Assembly (NCBI GenBank): GCA_012960035.1
Contig: DUBZ01000062.1
Coordinates: forward strand, 24,407 to 88,406
Direction of reading: 5' to 3'
From: Myxococcales bacterium
GTDB taxonomy: Bacteria > Myxococcota_A > UBA9160 > UBA4427
Length of the DNA: 64,000 nt
The translations under genes and the position numbers were made by a program. The notes below the pieces were generated by a model. It saw only the letters and a program-made list of their open reading frames with translations, ran no database searches and was not told the DNA's origin. Shown here piece by piece: positions 1 to 9,276 of this stretch (position 1 is its first letter; every line of letters begins with the position of its first letter).

Positions 1-1
1 G

Positions 2-601
2 TTTCCGACCGAAACCGTTTGGGGACTCGCAGCCCGGGCATGTTCTCCGGTTGCCATCGCGCGACTCATCGCCTTCAAGGGGCGAGCGAGCGACCAGCCG
101 ATCTCCGTCTTGATCGACGGTGAAGACTCGCTTGCGGCACTGGGTGTGCCTCAGATCCCAGTGATCACTGAACTCGTCCAGGCGTTCTGGCCGGGTCCAT
201 TGACTCTGGTCGTCGGCGGAGCCCCTGAAGATTTTTTTGCCCCGGGGATCGCGGGAAAAACGGGAGCAGTCGGCTTTCGCTGCAGCGATCATCCTCTGAC
301 GGCTGTGCTCGTCGAAGCCGCGGCTGAACGGGGACTCGGGCCGTTGACCGCGACGAGCTTCAATCGCAGCGGAGAAATAGCGGTTGAGAACGCCGCTGCC
401 GCGGTTCTGTTGGCGAATTCGAGCGCGGACCCGCGGGTTCTCGTCCTCGACGCTCAGGCGGCGGACGCGTTCAAACAAGCGCCGAGTACCGTCGTCGACG
501 TGAGCACCGAAGCGCCTCGGGTGCTCCGTTACGGGGCCATCGACGCGGAGTCAGTCGCAGCCGTACTCGATCGATGTCGCAATGCAACCCAAAGGCGGTG
601 A
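2..601 (+). CDS. tsaC: L-threonylcarbamoyladenylate synthase, YrdC/TsaC family (5' end lies outside the window)
   Basis: The frame is open from the window edge. The translation FPTETVWGLAA..FKGRASDQPISVLI..FWPGPLTLVV..GFRCSDHPL..ATSFNRSGE matches the YrdC-domain blocks. Confidence 0.85.
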   Translation, partial: FPTETVWGLAARACSPVAIARLIAFKGRASDQPISVLIDGEDSLAALGVPQIPVITELVQAFWPGPLTLVVGGAPEDFFAPGIAGKTGAVGFRCSDHPLTAVLVEAAAERGLGPLTATSFNRSGEIAVENAAAAVLLANSSADPRVLVLDAQAADAFKQAPSTVVDVSTEAPRVLRYGAIDAESVAAVLDRCRNATQRR

Positions 602-847
602 CGCGAGACGTCGCAGCGTGGTAAACCCACACCCACGCAAGCATCGGGCGCGGCTCATGGAGTTCTCGGGTGTGCCTGTAAGCTGTGCGGGATCGATCGA
701 CGAAGTCGAGTTTCGCATTGAAAACCGAACGTCGATGCACATTTGAAGTTCGAGCAGTCGAGATCGAGCGCCCGCCGATCAAGCGATTGCCAAGCCCGAT
801 GACCCGACGATGAACGCCCCGACAACAACCACGGAGAATGACTGCGG

Positions 848-2128
848 ATGACCGTTGCCCGACCCTTTTGCGCGGTGCGCTACGACACCTCGAAAGTGGA
901 ACTCACCAACGTGATCGTTCCGCCCTACGACGTCATCGCCGCCGATGAGCGCGAGACGTACTTCACCCGCGACCCCTATAACGCGATTCGCTTCGAACTC
1001 ACCCGCGACGCCGCGGACGAAGCGAGCGCGGACTACAGCGAGGTTGGCCAAGCCCTCGCGGCCTGGCGCGCGTCCGGCGTTTTGTTGCGCGACGACGAAC
1101 CGCGCTACTACGTGATGCGGCAGCGCTTCACCGCGCCTTCGGGGGCCGTGCTCGAGCGCGTCGGCTTCTTTGCCGAACTTGGCTTGGAAGACTATTCGGA
1201 GCGCGTGGTTCGTCCTCACGAACGCACCCTCGCCGGGCCCAAGGCGGATCGGCTCAAAGTCTTGCGGGCTTCCCGCGCCAACCTGTCCTCCGTTTTCCTT
1301 CTTTATCAGGACAAGGAGCAGAAACTCGAGGCGGTCCTTGCCCGCGCGCTCGAAGTCAGCACCGTGGCGAACGCCCAGGACGATTCTGGGGTTGAATACA
1401 GCCTGGCAACGCTCACGGACTCCGACGACATCGAAGTGATTCGGTCCTATATGAGTGCGTCGGACACGGTGATTGCCGACGGCCATCACCGCTACGAAAC
1501 CGCACTGGCCTACCGCGACGAAGAGCGCACGAACGCGACGTCGCCAAACCCAACGGCGCCGTACGAGTCCACGCTTGCTTACTTCGCCAACGCGTACGCG
1601 CCGGGGAGCCTCTTGCTGCCGATCCACCGCGTGGTCAAGAAAGAGTCGTGCGCGGCACCGCCAACCGATGCCCAATGGGCCAGTGGGTTGTCGGGCTGGG
1701 AGCAGAAGTCTGTCCCAATGGAAGAGGGCGCTTCGGTCGCGGCGCTACTAGAAAAGCATCTGCTGCCTTTGGCTGCGAAGCCGGCGTTCGCGGCGGACGA
1801 TGCCCAGGGCACCCTGCGCATTTTTTGGCGCGAGCAAGATCTCCGCGATGAGTTGGTGGTTCGGATTCTCGAGCGCGAGGTTTTGAAGTCGGTCTTTGGA
1901 CTTGATCCCGAGGCCATTCGCGACGGAGCCGTAAGCTTCCCGAAGAGCGCCGATCGCGCTGCCAGTGAAGTGCGAACGGGCGACGGCGCGGTCGCGCTCT
2001 ATCTCAACGCGCTCACGCCTGACGATGTTTTTCGAGTGACGGGGCTTGGCGAAGTGATGCCCCAAAAGTCGACGTTCTTTTACCCAAAGGTTCCGACGGG
2101 CATCGTGTTTCGCGATCATCGGAAGTAG
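848..2128 (+). CDS. DUF1015 domain-containing protein
   Basis: 426-aa ORF. The N-terminus RPFCAVRYD...VIVPPYDVIAADERETYFTRDPYNAIRFEL and the internal ADGHHRYETALAY block are typical of the DUF1015 family. Confidence 0.85.
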   Translation: MTVARPFCAVRYDTSKVELTNVIVPPYDVIAADERETYFTRDPYNAIRFELTRDAADEASADYSEVGQALAAWRASGVLLRDDEPRYYVMRQRFTAPSGAVLERVGFFAELGLEDYSERVVRPHERTLAGPKADRLKVLRASRANLSSVFLLYQDKEQKLEAVLARALEVSTVANAQDDSGVEYSLATLTDSDDIEVIRSYMSASDTVIADGHHRYETALAYRDEERTNATSPNPTAPYESTLAYFANAYAPGSLLLPIHRVVKKESCAAPPTDAQWASGLSGWEQKSVPMEEGASVAALLEKHLLPLAAKPAFAADDAQGTLRIFWREQDLRDELVVRILEREVLKSVFGLDPEAIRDGAVSFPKSADRAASEVRTGDGAVALYLNALTPDDVFRVTGLGEVMPQKSTFFYPKVPTGIVFRDHRK

Positions 2129-2141
2129 GAAGGAGTGCTCG

Positions 2142-2513
2142 ATGGTTCCGGGAGACCGCGATTCGCGAGGACCGTCGAAAGGCGGGGGTCAACCCCGAGC
2201 ACTCGGCGATGTCCTAGAGAGCGTGCTTGCAGACACCCAGCTGAACCTCGCTGCACCCAGCGCAGCCGTTGGCGACAACTGGGAGGCCATTGTTGGGAGC
2301 GAAGTTGCCCAACATTGCAGACCGGTCGGCATGAAAGCAGGTGTGCTTCACGCCGATGTCGATTCGAGTGTATGGTGCCAACAACTGCAGCTGCGGTCGC
2401 CCGAGATTTTGCATGCACTCAAGAAATTTCTGGGACCGAGTGCTCCGACGGGACTCCGCTTCCGCGTCGGCTATAGTCGGCCTCCCAACCCGGACGCTGG
2501 CGAGAATTCGTAG
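2142..2513 (+). CDS. DUF721 (DciA-like) domain-containing protein
   Basis: 123-aa ORF with GGAAGGAG 6 nt upstream of the ATG. The pattern LGDVLESVL..WEAIVGSEVAQHCRPVGMKAGVLHADVDSSVWCQQLQLRSPEIL fits DUF721. Confidence 0.7.
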   Translation: MVPGDRDSRGPSKGGGQPRALGDVLESVLADTQLNLAAPSAAVGDNWEAIVGSEVAQHCRPVGMKAGVLHADVDSSVWCQQLQLRSPEILHALKKFLGPSAPTGLRFRVGYSRPPNPDAGENS

Positions 2514-2572
2514 CGCTGGAGTGGCAAATCAGCCGGACGCACCCAGGACGGTGCATCAATTCAGACAAGAAC

Positions 2573-2599
2573 CACACGAAGTACACGAAGCACACGAAC
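2573..2599. repeat. Tandem 9-bp repeat x3 (CACACGAAG TACACGAAG CACACGAAC)
   Basis: Read directly in the spacer between the DUF721 gene and the small Zn-ribbon ORF. Confidence 0.9.
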
Positions 2600-2618
2600 A
2601 GCAAGTCGGGAGACGAAG

Positions 2619-2837
2619 TTGAGCTACAGCAATACTGAGCCGGAAGAAGCGACCGAGGAAGTGGCCATTCGCTGCGATATTTGTGGCGAGGAGGCCCTGA
2701 GTGTCCGCCGGATCGCTCTCGATGGAGAGTACGACCGGCTCTTGAAGCCTCATCAAGTGCAGTATGCCTGCCCACCGTGCTCTGAAAAGAAGGAGCATGC
2801 GCGCACTGGGCTCGGGCGCGGCTCCGGCCGCAGTTGA
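2619..2837 (+). CDS. Small hypothetical protein with two CxxC pairs (zinc-ribbon-like)
   Basis: 72-aa ORF with a TTG start preceded by GGGAGA at 5-nt spacing. It contains CDICGEE ... CPPCSEKK. No family was recognised. Confidence 0.45.
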   Translation: MSYSNTEPEEATEEVAIRCDICGEEALSVRRIALDGEYDRLLKPHQVQYACPPCSEKKEHARTGLGRGSGRS

Positions 2838-3074
2838 CCGCGACCACCACTTTCCCTAGATTCGCCGCCCGGTTATGACGGGTCCCGCAGAATCGAGCCA
2901 TTGGGAATCGACGAGTCGCACCGATCTCCACATCATTTTTGAGCACCCGTGTGGTGTGCGCTACCGAGCAAGCGAGAAACTTCGCCTGCCTTCGTAGTCT
3001 CAATCAACAGCTCTCCCATTAACAGCTCCACCGATGGATCAAAAGCTCGACGAGCTTGGAAAGGATCACGAACG

Positions 3075-3347
3075 ATGGTGAAACTTCGCTTGGTACGAAT
3101 CGGCGCCAAAAAGCGACCGTTCTACCGCATCATTGCAATTGACGAACGCGAGAAGCGCAGCGGCCGACCGCTCGAATTCCTCGGCACGTATGACCCTAAT
3201 CTTGCGACGCCCGCAATCAAGGTCGAGACCGAAGCGGTAGACGCTTGGTTGGCCAAGGGTGCGCAGATGAGCCCGACGGTGAAGTCGATCGTCTCTCAGG
3301 CACGCCGCGCCGGCGCCGCCGCTGCCGCCGCTGCCGAGGGTGCATAA
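3075..3347 (+). CDS. rpsP: 30S ribosomal protein S16
   Basis: MVKLRLVRIGAKKRPFYRIIAIDEREKRSGRPLEFLGTYDP is the canonical S16 N-terminus. The longer ORF starting at 2949 is rejected. Confidence 0.95.
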   Translation: MVKLRLVRIGAKKRPFYRIIAIDEREKRSGRPLEFLGTYDPNLATPAIKVETEAVDAWLAKGAQMSPTVKSIVSQARRAGAAAAAAAEGA

Positions 3348-3349
3348 CC

Positions 3350-3589
3350 GTGGAAGACGGAGGCAAGGCCGCCGCGGAACTTGTTGAGTTCATCGCGAAG
3401 GGGATCGTTAGCGAACCCGGTGACGTCAAAGTTAAGCCGTGCGACGGTGGTGAACTGCTTGAACTTGAGACCAACGCTGGGGATCGTGGCCGGGTCATCG
3501 GCCGCCAGGGACGCATTGCCAAGTCGATGCGGGCGATCCTTTCGGCGTCTAACAGTGGCTCCAACAGCCGGCTCGAAATCGTCGACTGA
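3350..3589 (+). CDS. KH domain-containing RNA-binding protein (UPF0109/YlqC-like)
   Basis: GTG start 3 nt after the rpsP stop. The motifs ELVEFIAKGIVSEPGDVKV...GRVIGRQGRIAKSMRAIL and the conserved position between rpsP and rimM support the call. Confidence 0.85.
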   Translation: MEDGGKAAAELVEFIAKGIVSEPGDVKVKPCDGGELLELETNAGDRGRVIGRQGRIAKSMRAILSASNSGSNSRLEIVD

Positions 3590-4218
3590 TGCCCTCGCAA
3601 GCCAGCGGGGAACATCCCCGTGTTGGCTGTGTTCGATCATCCATCTTGAGTGAATCCAACGCCAACCGAGTCGAGTTGGGACGAATCTTGGGTGCCCACG
3701 GTTTGCGTGGGCAGGTGCGCGTCAAAGTATTTGGCGACGACGCTGGGAACCTCGTGCAGTGCGACGAAATCTGGCTCGCGAGCAAGCAAGACGACCCAGA
3801 CCCACAACTCCACAAGGCGCGCTACGTAGGCACGGGCCGACCGGGCGAGGTGCGTTTGCAACTCGACACCATTGGCGACCGCGACGAAGCGACGGCGCTG
3901 CGCGGAAAGATCGTGCTCGCGCCGGCGGGGATTCTTCAACCTCTCGCCGCCGGCGAGTTCTATTGGCATGAATTGATCGGGTGCGAAGTTCAAACAGAAG
4001 CGGGAGATGTCGTCGGAACCGTGCGCGAAATTTGGGAGACGGGCGCCCATGACGTGCTGGTTGTGCGCAACGAAGCTGGGCGACAGAACCTGATCCCGAC
4101 GGCTCGCGAGATCACCCAAAACATCGACCTTGAAAACCAGCGGATCGTCGTCGCGGGGCTTCCGGGCCTGATCGACCTCGGCGAACTTGGTGAAGAGGAC
4201 CAGGAAGGCGGCGCGTGA
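3589..4218 (+). CDS. rimM: 16S rRNA processing protein RimM
   Basis: The ATG overlaps the upstream TGA (TGATG). The motifs ELGRILGAHGLRGQVRVKVFGDD ... EFYWHELIGCEV ... AHDVLVV fit RimM, and the gene lies in the rpsP-rimM-trmD-rplS order. Confidence 0.9.
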   Translation: MPSQASGEHPRVGCVRSSILSESNANRVELGRILGAHGLRGQVRVKVFGDDAGNLVQCDEIWLASKQDDPDPQLHKARYVGTGRPGEVRLQLDTIGDRDEATALRGKIVLAPAGILQPLAAGEFYWHELIGCEVQTEAGDVVGTVREIWETGAHDVLVVRNEAGRQNLIPTAREITQNIDLENQRIVVAGLPGLIDLGELGEEDQEGGA

Positions 4219-4219
4219 G

Positions 4220-4984
4220 ATGACCGTGCCGCCGCCAACGCTAGAAATCGATCTTCTCACGATCTTTCCGGGCTTGTTCGACAGCTTCTTGTCCGAGTCC
4301 TTTATTGGCATGGCGCGGGAGCGCGGGCTCGCGCGAATCGAAGCCCACAACTTGCGAAACTGGACCTCTGACCGTCACCGCACCGTTGACGACAGCCCCT
4401 ACGGGGGCGGGCCGGGCATGCTGATGAAGCCCGAACCCTTGGTGGATGGGATCGAGGAACTCGCGGGGCCAAAAGGTGCTTCTCGCAGCGCACGGGTCGT
4501 GCTGGTTTCGCCGCAGGGGAAGCCGCTTACCCAGCGCTGGTTGAGCGAAGCCGCGGGACATCCGCGCTGGGTATTCGTATGTGGTCGCTATGAGGGGGTG
4601 GATCAGCGGGTCGTTGATCTCGCGATCGACGAAGAAGTCTCGATCGGAGATTACGTGCTGAGCGGAGGCGAAATTCCCGCCATGGTTGTGATTGAGGGGA
4701 TGGTTCGCCTGATCCCCGGCCTGCTCGGAAATGCAGAATCGGTCGTGAAGGAGTCATTTACGCAAGATATTCTGGAAGGACCGCAGTACACTCGTCCGCC
4801 GGAATTTCGCGGGCAGTCCGTGCCTGCAGAATTACTGTCGGGAAATCACGCAGTGATCGAGCGCTGGCGACACGACAAAGCGATCGAACGCACTGCGCTT
4901 CGACGGCCGGATTTACTCCGTCGTGCAACCGACGAACTCGAAGAACTCAGTCACAAAGAACGTCATCAAGACCAAGAAGAATAA
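4220..4984 (+). CDS. trmD: tRNA (guanine37-N1)-methyltransferase
   Basis: IDLLTIFPGLFDSFLSESFIGMA...DDSPYGGGPGMLMKPEPL...CGRYEGVDQRV..EVSIGDYVLSGGE. The start is taken at the ATG just after the rimM stop. Confidence 0.95.
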   Translation: MTVPPPTLEIDLLTIFPGLFDSFLSESFIGMARERGLARIEAHNLRNWTSDRHRTVDDSPYGGGPGMLMKPEPLVDGIEELAGPKGASRSARVVLVSPQGKPLTQRWLSEAAGHPRWVFVCGRYEGVDQRVVDLAIDEEVSIGDYVLSGGEIPAMVVIEGMVRLIPGLLGNAESVVKESFTQDILEGPQYTRPPEFRGQSVPAELLSGNHAVIERWRHDKAIERTALRRPDLLRRATDELEELSHKERHQDQEE

Positions 4985-5225
4985 AAGGGCACCGCGACTG
5001 AGCCGCATGAACCGTCGGCGAAGTAGAGCATGAAACGAGCCACGACTGATTTGATGTTCGCCGGCACAGCTGCTGACATCATGAAGGTCGTGAAAAACAT
5101 GAAGACCGTCGACACGATTGAAACAGTCGATGCAAGAGTACGTCCCGCACCGATGCATCAAGGCATCCTCTGCTTGGACTCAAGAACGAAACCGCGAAGC
5201 AAACTTCGCAATTAAGGGAAACATC

Positions 5226-5705
5226 ATGAACCGCCTCGACTTCATTGAAAAAGAATCTCTGCGCCGGGATCTGCCCCCGTTCCGGGTTGGCGACCAGGTG
5301 CGTGTCCATGTGAAGGTTCGCGAAGGCGACAAAGAGCGCATTCAGGTCTTCGAAGGCCTGTGCATGCGACGACGAGGCGGCAGTGCGGGTGAAACCTTTA
5401 CCGTGCGAAAGATTTCCAACGGCGTCGGCGTTGAGCGCATCTTCCCCGTTCAGTCACCCTTGGTGACCAAGCTCGAAATCATGAGCCGCGGCTTCGTGCG
5501 GCGCTCGCGCTTGTACTACTTGCGCGACCTGACGGGCAAGAAGGCACGCCTTCACTCCAAGGTGCGCGACGTTTCTCATCTGATCTCGCCCGAAGAAGAA
5601 GAACGCCGGGCGGCGGACGCGGCTTCGGACGCGCCCGCCAAGTCGAAGAAGAAGCGCGGCAAGAAGGCAAAGGCCGCGCGCGTCGCCGCAAAGGGAAGCG
5701 AGTAA
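5226..5705 (+). CDS. rplS: 50S ribosomal protein L19 with a Lys/Ala-rich C-terminal tail
   Basis: [60 protein letters not shown]. The ATG at 5226 is preceded by AAGGGAAA. Confidence 0.95.
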   Translation: MNRLDFIEKESLRRDLPPFRVGDQVRVHVKVREGDKERIQVFEGLCMRRRGGSAGETFTVRKISNGVGVERIFPVQSPLVTKLEIMSRGFVRRSRLYYLRDLTGKKARLHSKVRDVSHLISPEEEERRAADAASDAPAKSKKKRGKKAKAARVAAKGSE

Positions 5706-5800
5706 GCGCCTGCGGCACGGGGGCCACATCCTTGTGGTTTGCGTTGCGGTCCGTGCAGGGGTCTGAGTTCTGCTCGGTGCTTCGCCTCGATTGATGTCTT

Positions 5801-5834
5801 AAAACGACCCCGCGCCCTTTTTGCGGACGCGGGG
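5801..5834 (-). terminator. Hairpin plus T-tract, likely the yraN terminator, between convergent rplS and yraN
   Basis: CCCCGCG (5808-5814) pairs with CGCGGGG (5828-5834). On the minus strand the stem is followed by TCGTTTT. Confidence 0.5.
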
Positions 5835-5847
5835 GGGGGCGGTGCGC

Positions 5848-6333
5848 CTAATCGCTGGCGTCGAACGCGTCTACCCAATGGTTGATCTGCCAGTGCTCGC
5901 TACCCCCACTGCGTTCAACCGTGCACGAAATGACGTCAAAGCGAACGGTGCGGACGAAAGTTCGATTTTGATGCAGCCAAGCATGTGCGGCCCGAATCAT
6001 CCGCGCCTGTTTGCGCCGGTCGACCGCGAGTTCGGGGGTCCCGAAGCGGCTGCTTCGACGAGTCTTCACTTCGACGAAAACAACGACGCAGCCGCGGCGC
6101 GCAATCAGGTCGATCTCGACCCCGTCATAGCGGACGTTGCGAGCATCGATGCGATACCCTCTGCGCGCCAGAAAGGACGCCGCACGCGACTCGCCGATCG
6201 CGCCCAGTGTTCTTCGCGGGTCTTCAAGTGAAGTTTTAGATCGAGGCTCGGTGTTGGCTGACTTCTTAGCTCGGTGTGAGCCGCCGGCAGACGTAGTCTT
6301 CGAATTTGGGTTGAATCTCGGTTTCTCGAACAA
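5848..6333 (-). CDS. yraN: YraN family endonuclease (UPF0102) with a ~40-aa basic N-terminal extension
   Basis: GAIGESRAASFLARRGYRIDARNVRY.GVEIDLIARRG.VVVFVEVKTRRS..FG.PELAV matches the UPF0102 core. The start codon is uncertain. Confidence 0.8.
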   Translation of the reverse strand: MFEKPRFNPNSKTTSAGGSHRAKKSANTEPRSKTSLEDPRRTLGAIGESRAASFLARRGYRIDARNVRYDGVEIDLIARRGCVVVFVEVKTRRSSRFGTPELAVDRRKQARMIRAAHAWLHQNRTFVRTVRFDVISCTVERSGGSEHWQINHWVDAFDASD

Positions 6334-6375
6334 TGGAGTCGCTTCCCCGGGACCGGGGAAGGCAGAACATAGCGG

Positions 6376-7254
6376 ATGGGAATCTTGCGCGTTGTAGCCA
6401 CGCCGATCGGCAATCTAGAAGACGTGTCGCCGCGCGCGTTGCGGACGCTTCGCGAGGCCGATCGCGTCTTTGCCGAGGACACGCGCAGGACGCGCATTCT
6501 TCTCGACCGATATGAGATTGCGGCGAAGGCCGTGTCTCTCCATGAACACAATGAGGCGTCGCGAATCGACGGTGCGCTCGCGCTGCTTCGCGACGGCGGT
6601 TCAATTGCGCTCGTGTCGGACGCCGGAACTCCGTTGATTTCCGATCCGGGGGCACGACTGGTTGCGGCAGCCGTAGATGACGGCCATCAAGTGGAACCCA
6701 TTCCGGGCCCGTCGGCCGTACTCAGCGCGTTGTCGATCGCGGGCTTTGCCGTAACGCCTTTCACCTTCTTGGGCTTTCTGCCCCGGACCAAGGGAGCCCG
6801 CGCCGAACTCTTGGCGTCGTACCTCGCGCGTCCCGAAGTGTTGGTGATTTTCGAATCGCCACGGCGCGTCGGGGCCACACTCGCCGAACTCGCGGCTTGC
6901 TTCGATGCGCGCCGCGGGTGCGTCGCGCGCGAACTCACGAAGCGTCACGAAGAAGTCGTGCGCGGCAGTCTTGCTGAGCTTGCCGGCCATTTCGAAGACG
7001 AAGCCCGCGGCGAGTTCACCATCGTGATCGAAGGGGCAGGGGATCAGGAGCATCATTCGGACGCGCCAACGCTGCTTGACGATGCTGCGCTGCAGGAAAC
7101 GATTGAGGCCCTGCTCTCCGAAGGACGGCGTCCTCGCGAAATCGCAGCCGAACTCGCGACCCGTACTTCGATGCCCCGCAAGCAGCTCTACGCCAAGGTG
7201 GTGTCGGCGAAAGACGCGGCCAACCAGGGCGAAGCGTCAGGGGAGTCTGAATGA
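6376..7254 (+). CDS. rsmI: 16S rRNA (cytidine1402-2'-O)-methyltransferase
   Basis: LRVVATPIGNLEDVSPRALRTLREADRVFAEDTRRTRILLDRYEI...VSDAGTPLISDPG..LV. It lies divergent to yraN, as in many proteobacteria. Confidence 0.92.
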   Translation: MGILRVVATPIGNLEDVSPRALRTLREADRVFAEDTRRTRILLDRYEIAAKAVSLHEHNEASRIDGALALLRDGGSIALVSDAGTPLISDPGARLVAAAVDDGHQVEPIPGPSAVLSALSIAGFAVTPFTFLGFLPRTKGARAELLASYLARPEVLVIFESPRRVGATLAELAACFDARRGCVARELTKRHEEVVRGSLAELAGHFEDEARGEFTIVIEGAGDQEHHSDAPTLLDDAALQETIEALLSEGRRPREIAAELATRTSMPRKQLYAKVVSAKDAANQGEASGESE

Positions 7255-8942
7255 AGGCCGCGCACGTGGGACGCGTGCTGCGGACCGTCGCACACTTGCG
7301 TCCGACCCAGATCGTCTCGCAACTGCGACACCTGTTTACCGAGGAGGGGCGAGCCGGTGCGACGCTTGAGCAAACGCCTGAGCGCTCGATTGAGCGGGCC
7401 TTCGTTCCTTTTTTAGACGCCCCTGCACACGCGCGGTACGACGGGGCCCTTGGCTTCGAGTTGTTGCGTCGGAAACATCGCTTTCGTGATCACGTTGATT
7501 GGGACTTTGAAGGGTACGGCCCGCTTTGGTTGTTTCATTTACACCAGTTCGATTGGGCTCGTGGCAAGTCGGTCAGCGCTTCCGCCCGAGTCGCCTTTGT
7601 CGAGGACTGGATCGAAGAGTGCACTCACGGAGCAGGCTGGTCCCCGCACCCGATCTCTTTGCGCATTCTTTCTTGGGGAAAACTCCGGCTGACTCCGGGC
7701 GCGCTCTTGCAGAGCCAGGAAGAGTCTGTCCGTATGGACAATTCTCTCGCGCAACAGGCGCAGACTTTAAGCGAGCGGCTTGAGACACGCCTTCAGGCGA
7801 ACCATTTGTTGTCGAACCTGTTGAGCTGCGTCTTCGCGGGGCTTCTATATAAGGGGGCCCAGGCCGACGCTTGGCTCGCATTGGAGTCGACACTTCGCGA
7901 CGAAATCGAACTGCAAGTTCTTGCCGACGGTGCGCACATCGAGCGCAGTCCAATGTATCACGCTCTCTTGCTCGAGAACGTGCTCGACTTGTTGAACGTG
8001 GCGCGCGCTGCCGACGCCCGGGCGCCCCGCATTCTGGTTGAATGCTTGGAAAGCACCGCGGCAAAGATGCTCGGCGCACATCGGGTATGGACCCATCCAG
8101 ACGGCGAAATCGCATTGTTCGGCGATTCTGCATTTGATATCGCGCACCCGCCGGAGGTACTCGAAGCCTACGCAGACGCACTGGGTGTAAGCGTGGGGGA
8201 GCCCGTGGTTCCAAAAGCGCTCGACAACGCCGGTGTGTTTCGCATGGAGAGCGGCGATCTATCGTTGATCGCAACGGCGTCGAGTCCGATGCCGAGCTAC
8301 CAGCCCGGCCACGCCCACTGCGACGCGCTGTCGTTTGAGCTTTCGGTTGGAACACAGCGGGTTGTCACCGACACGGGTGTCAGCGAGTACATCCCGGGGC
8401 CCATTCGCGACATCAGTCGAGCGACGACTTCGCATGCCACGGTCGAACTCAACCACGCAGACCAGTCCGAGGTGTGGTCGGCGCATCGCGTCGGCGGTCG
8501 CGCGAAAGTCGTCGTGCATGAATTCACCGGCGACATGCTTCATGCAAGTTGCACGTCCTGGGCAAGCCGGGATGCCTGTCATCACCGAACGTTTCGCATC
8601 GACGACGGTGCGCTCACGATCGAAGATCGCATCGAAGGCGATGCACTACCGGCTCGGTTCGCATTGCCTCTTGCGCCCGGCCTTGATGCGAAACTCGAAC
8701 ATCGCCGCACGAACGCGCCAAAAACCGGCGAACCGGGCGTGCAGGAACAGGCGTATCAACTAAGTGTGAGACTTGGCCGTAAGGCAAGCCTCACCATCGA
8801 TCTGCCGGCGGGTGTCGACTGGAGCATTGAGCGCACCGCGTATTTCCCCCATTTTGGTTCGCACGTTGATCGGGCTTGTCTGGTGGGGAAATCAGACGGC
8901 TTCCGGTCGGGGATATGGGCATTTAACGTCGAGCGCGCTTGA
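7251..8942 (+). CDS. Heparinase II/III family (alginate-lyase-like) protein
   Basis: 563-aa ORF whose ATGA overlaps the rsmI stop. Supporting motifs: ANHLLSNL, DGAHIERSPMYHALLLE, HPDGEIALFGDSAFD, YQPGHAHCDALSFEL, SHATVELN. Confidence 0.8.
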   Translation: MKAAHVGRVLRTVAHLRPTQIVSQLRHLFTEEGRAGATLEQTPERSIERAFVPFLDAPAHARYDGALGFELLRRKHRFRDHVDWDFEGYGPLWLFHLHQFDWARGKSVSASARVAFVEDWIEECTHGAGWSPHPISLRILSWGKLRLTPGALLQSQEESVRMDNSLAQQAQTLSERLETRLQANHLLSNLLSCVFAGLLYKGAQADAWLALESTLRDEIELQVLADGAHIERSPMYHALLLENVLDLLNVARAADARAPRILVECLESTAAKMLGAHRVWTHPDGEIALFGDSAFDIAHPPEVLEAYADALGVSVGEPVVPKALDNAGVFRMESGDLSLIATASSPMPSYQPGHAHCDALSFELSVGTQRVVTDTGVSEYIPGPIRDISRATTSHATVELNHADQSEVWSAHRVGGRAKVVVHEFTGDMLHASCTSWASRDACHHRTFRIDDGALTIEDRIEGDALPARFALPLAPGLDAKLEHRRTNAPKTGEPGVQEQAYQLSVRLGRKASLTIDLPAGVDWSIERTAYFPHFGSHVDRACLVGKSDGFRSGIWAFNVERA

Positions 8943-9276
8943 GGCGATGCGTAGCCACTGCGTTGTTGTCTTCCCGCGACGCAGCAACGACCTCGAGGGA
9001 GCGCGCGAACGCCGCCCGCAACTTGCGTACGCTTGCGGGACGAGTATGCAACTCTTGCGACGGAGTCATTCATTAAGCCGCAACACTCGCTCGTTCGCTT
9101 TCATTTCATTTCCGCGAGCTTCAACCGATGTGAGGTATTGTGTTATCCCCCACATTTTCGGACAATCCGCGACCCCTCATTACGCGCTCGGGCCACATAC
9201 TGGGGGGCCCGATATTGCGGTACGAATTTAATTTTACGAAGCCTTCGCTCGCGATAAGTCGGGGTTGGAGAAATAG

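Noticed and set aside
2949-3074. N-terminal extensions of the longest ORFs: rpsP from 2949, ligA to 14121, PrsT-like from 31744, mdh from 59420, rplS from 5118, argB from 43979, LysM from 34645.
   Set aside because: The conserved protein N-termini, signal peptides and Shine-Dalgarno spacing all point to internal start codons. The extensions have non-protein-like composition.
5030-5215. 61-aa ORF in the trmD-rplS spacer.
   Set aside because: It has no Shine-Dalgarno and no recognisable family. The region more likely holds the rplS promoter or leader; a small GCGAAG-caaa-CTTCGC hairpin lies at 5194-5209.
8923-9068. 48-aa minus-strand ORF (MTPSQELHTRPASVRKLRAAFARSLEVVAASREDNNAVATHRLKRARR) overlapping the end of the heparinase-like gene.
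   Set aside because: It is below a meaningful size, has no ribosome-binding site or family match I can recognise, and overlaps a well-supported gene.
9201-9218. Possible sigma-54 promoter (GG-N10-GC: tGGGGGGCCCGATATTGC) upstream of the carbamoyltransferase gene.
   Set aside because: Only the GG/GC spacing fits. The -24 hexamer is part of a G-run and does not match TGGCAC, so it is too weak to call.
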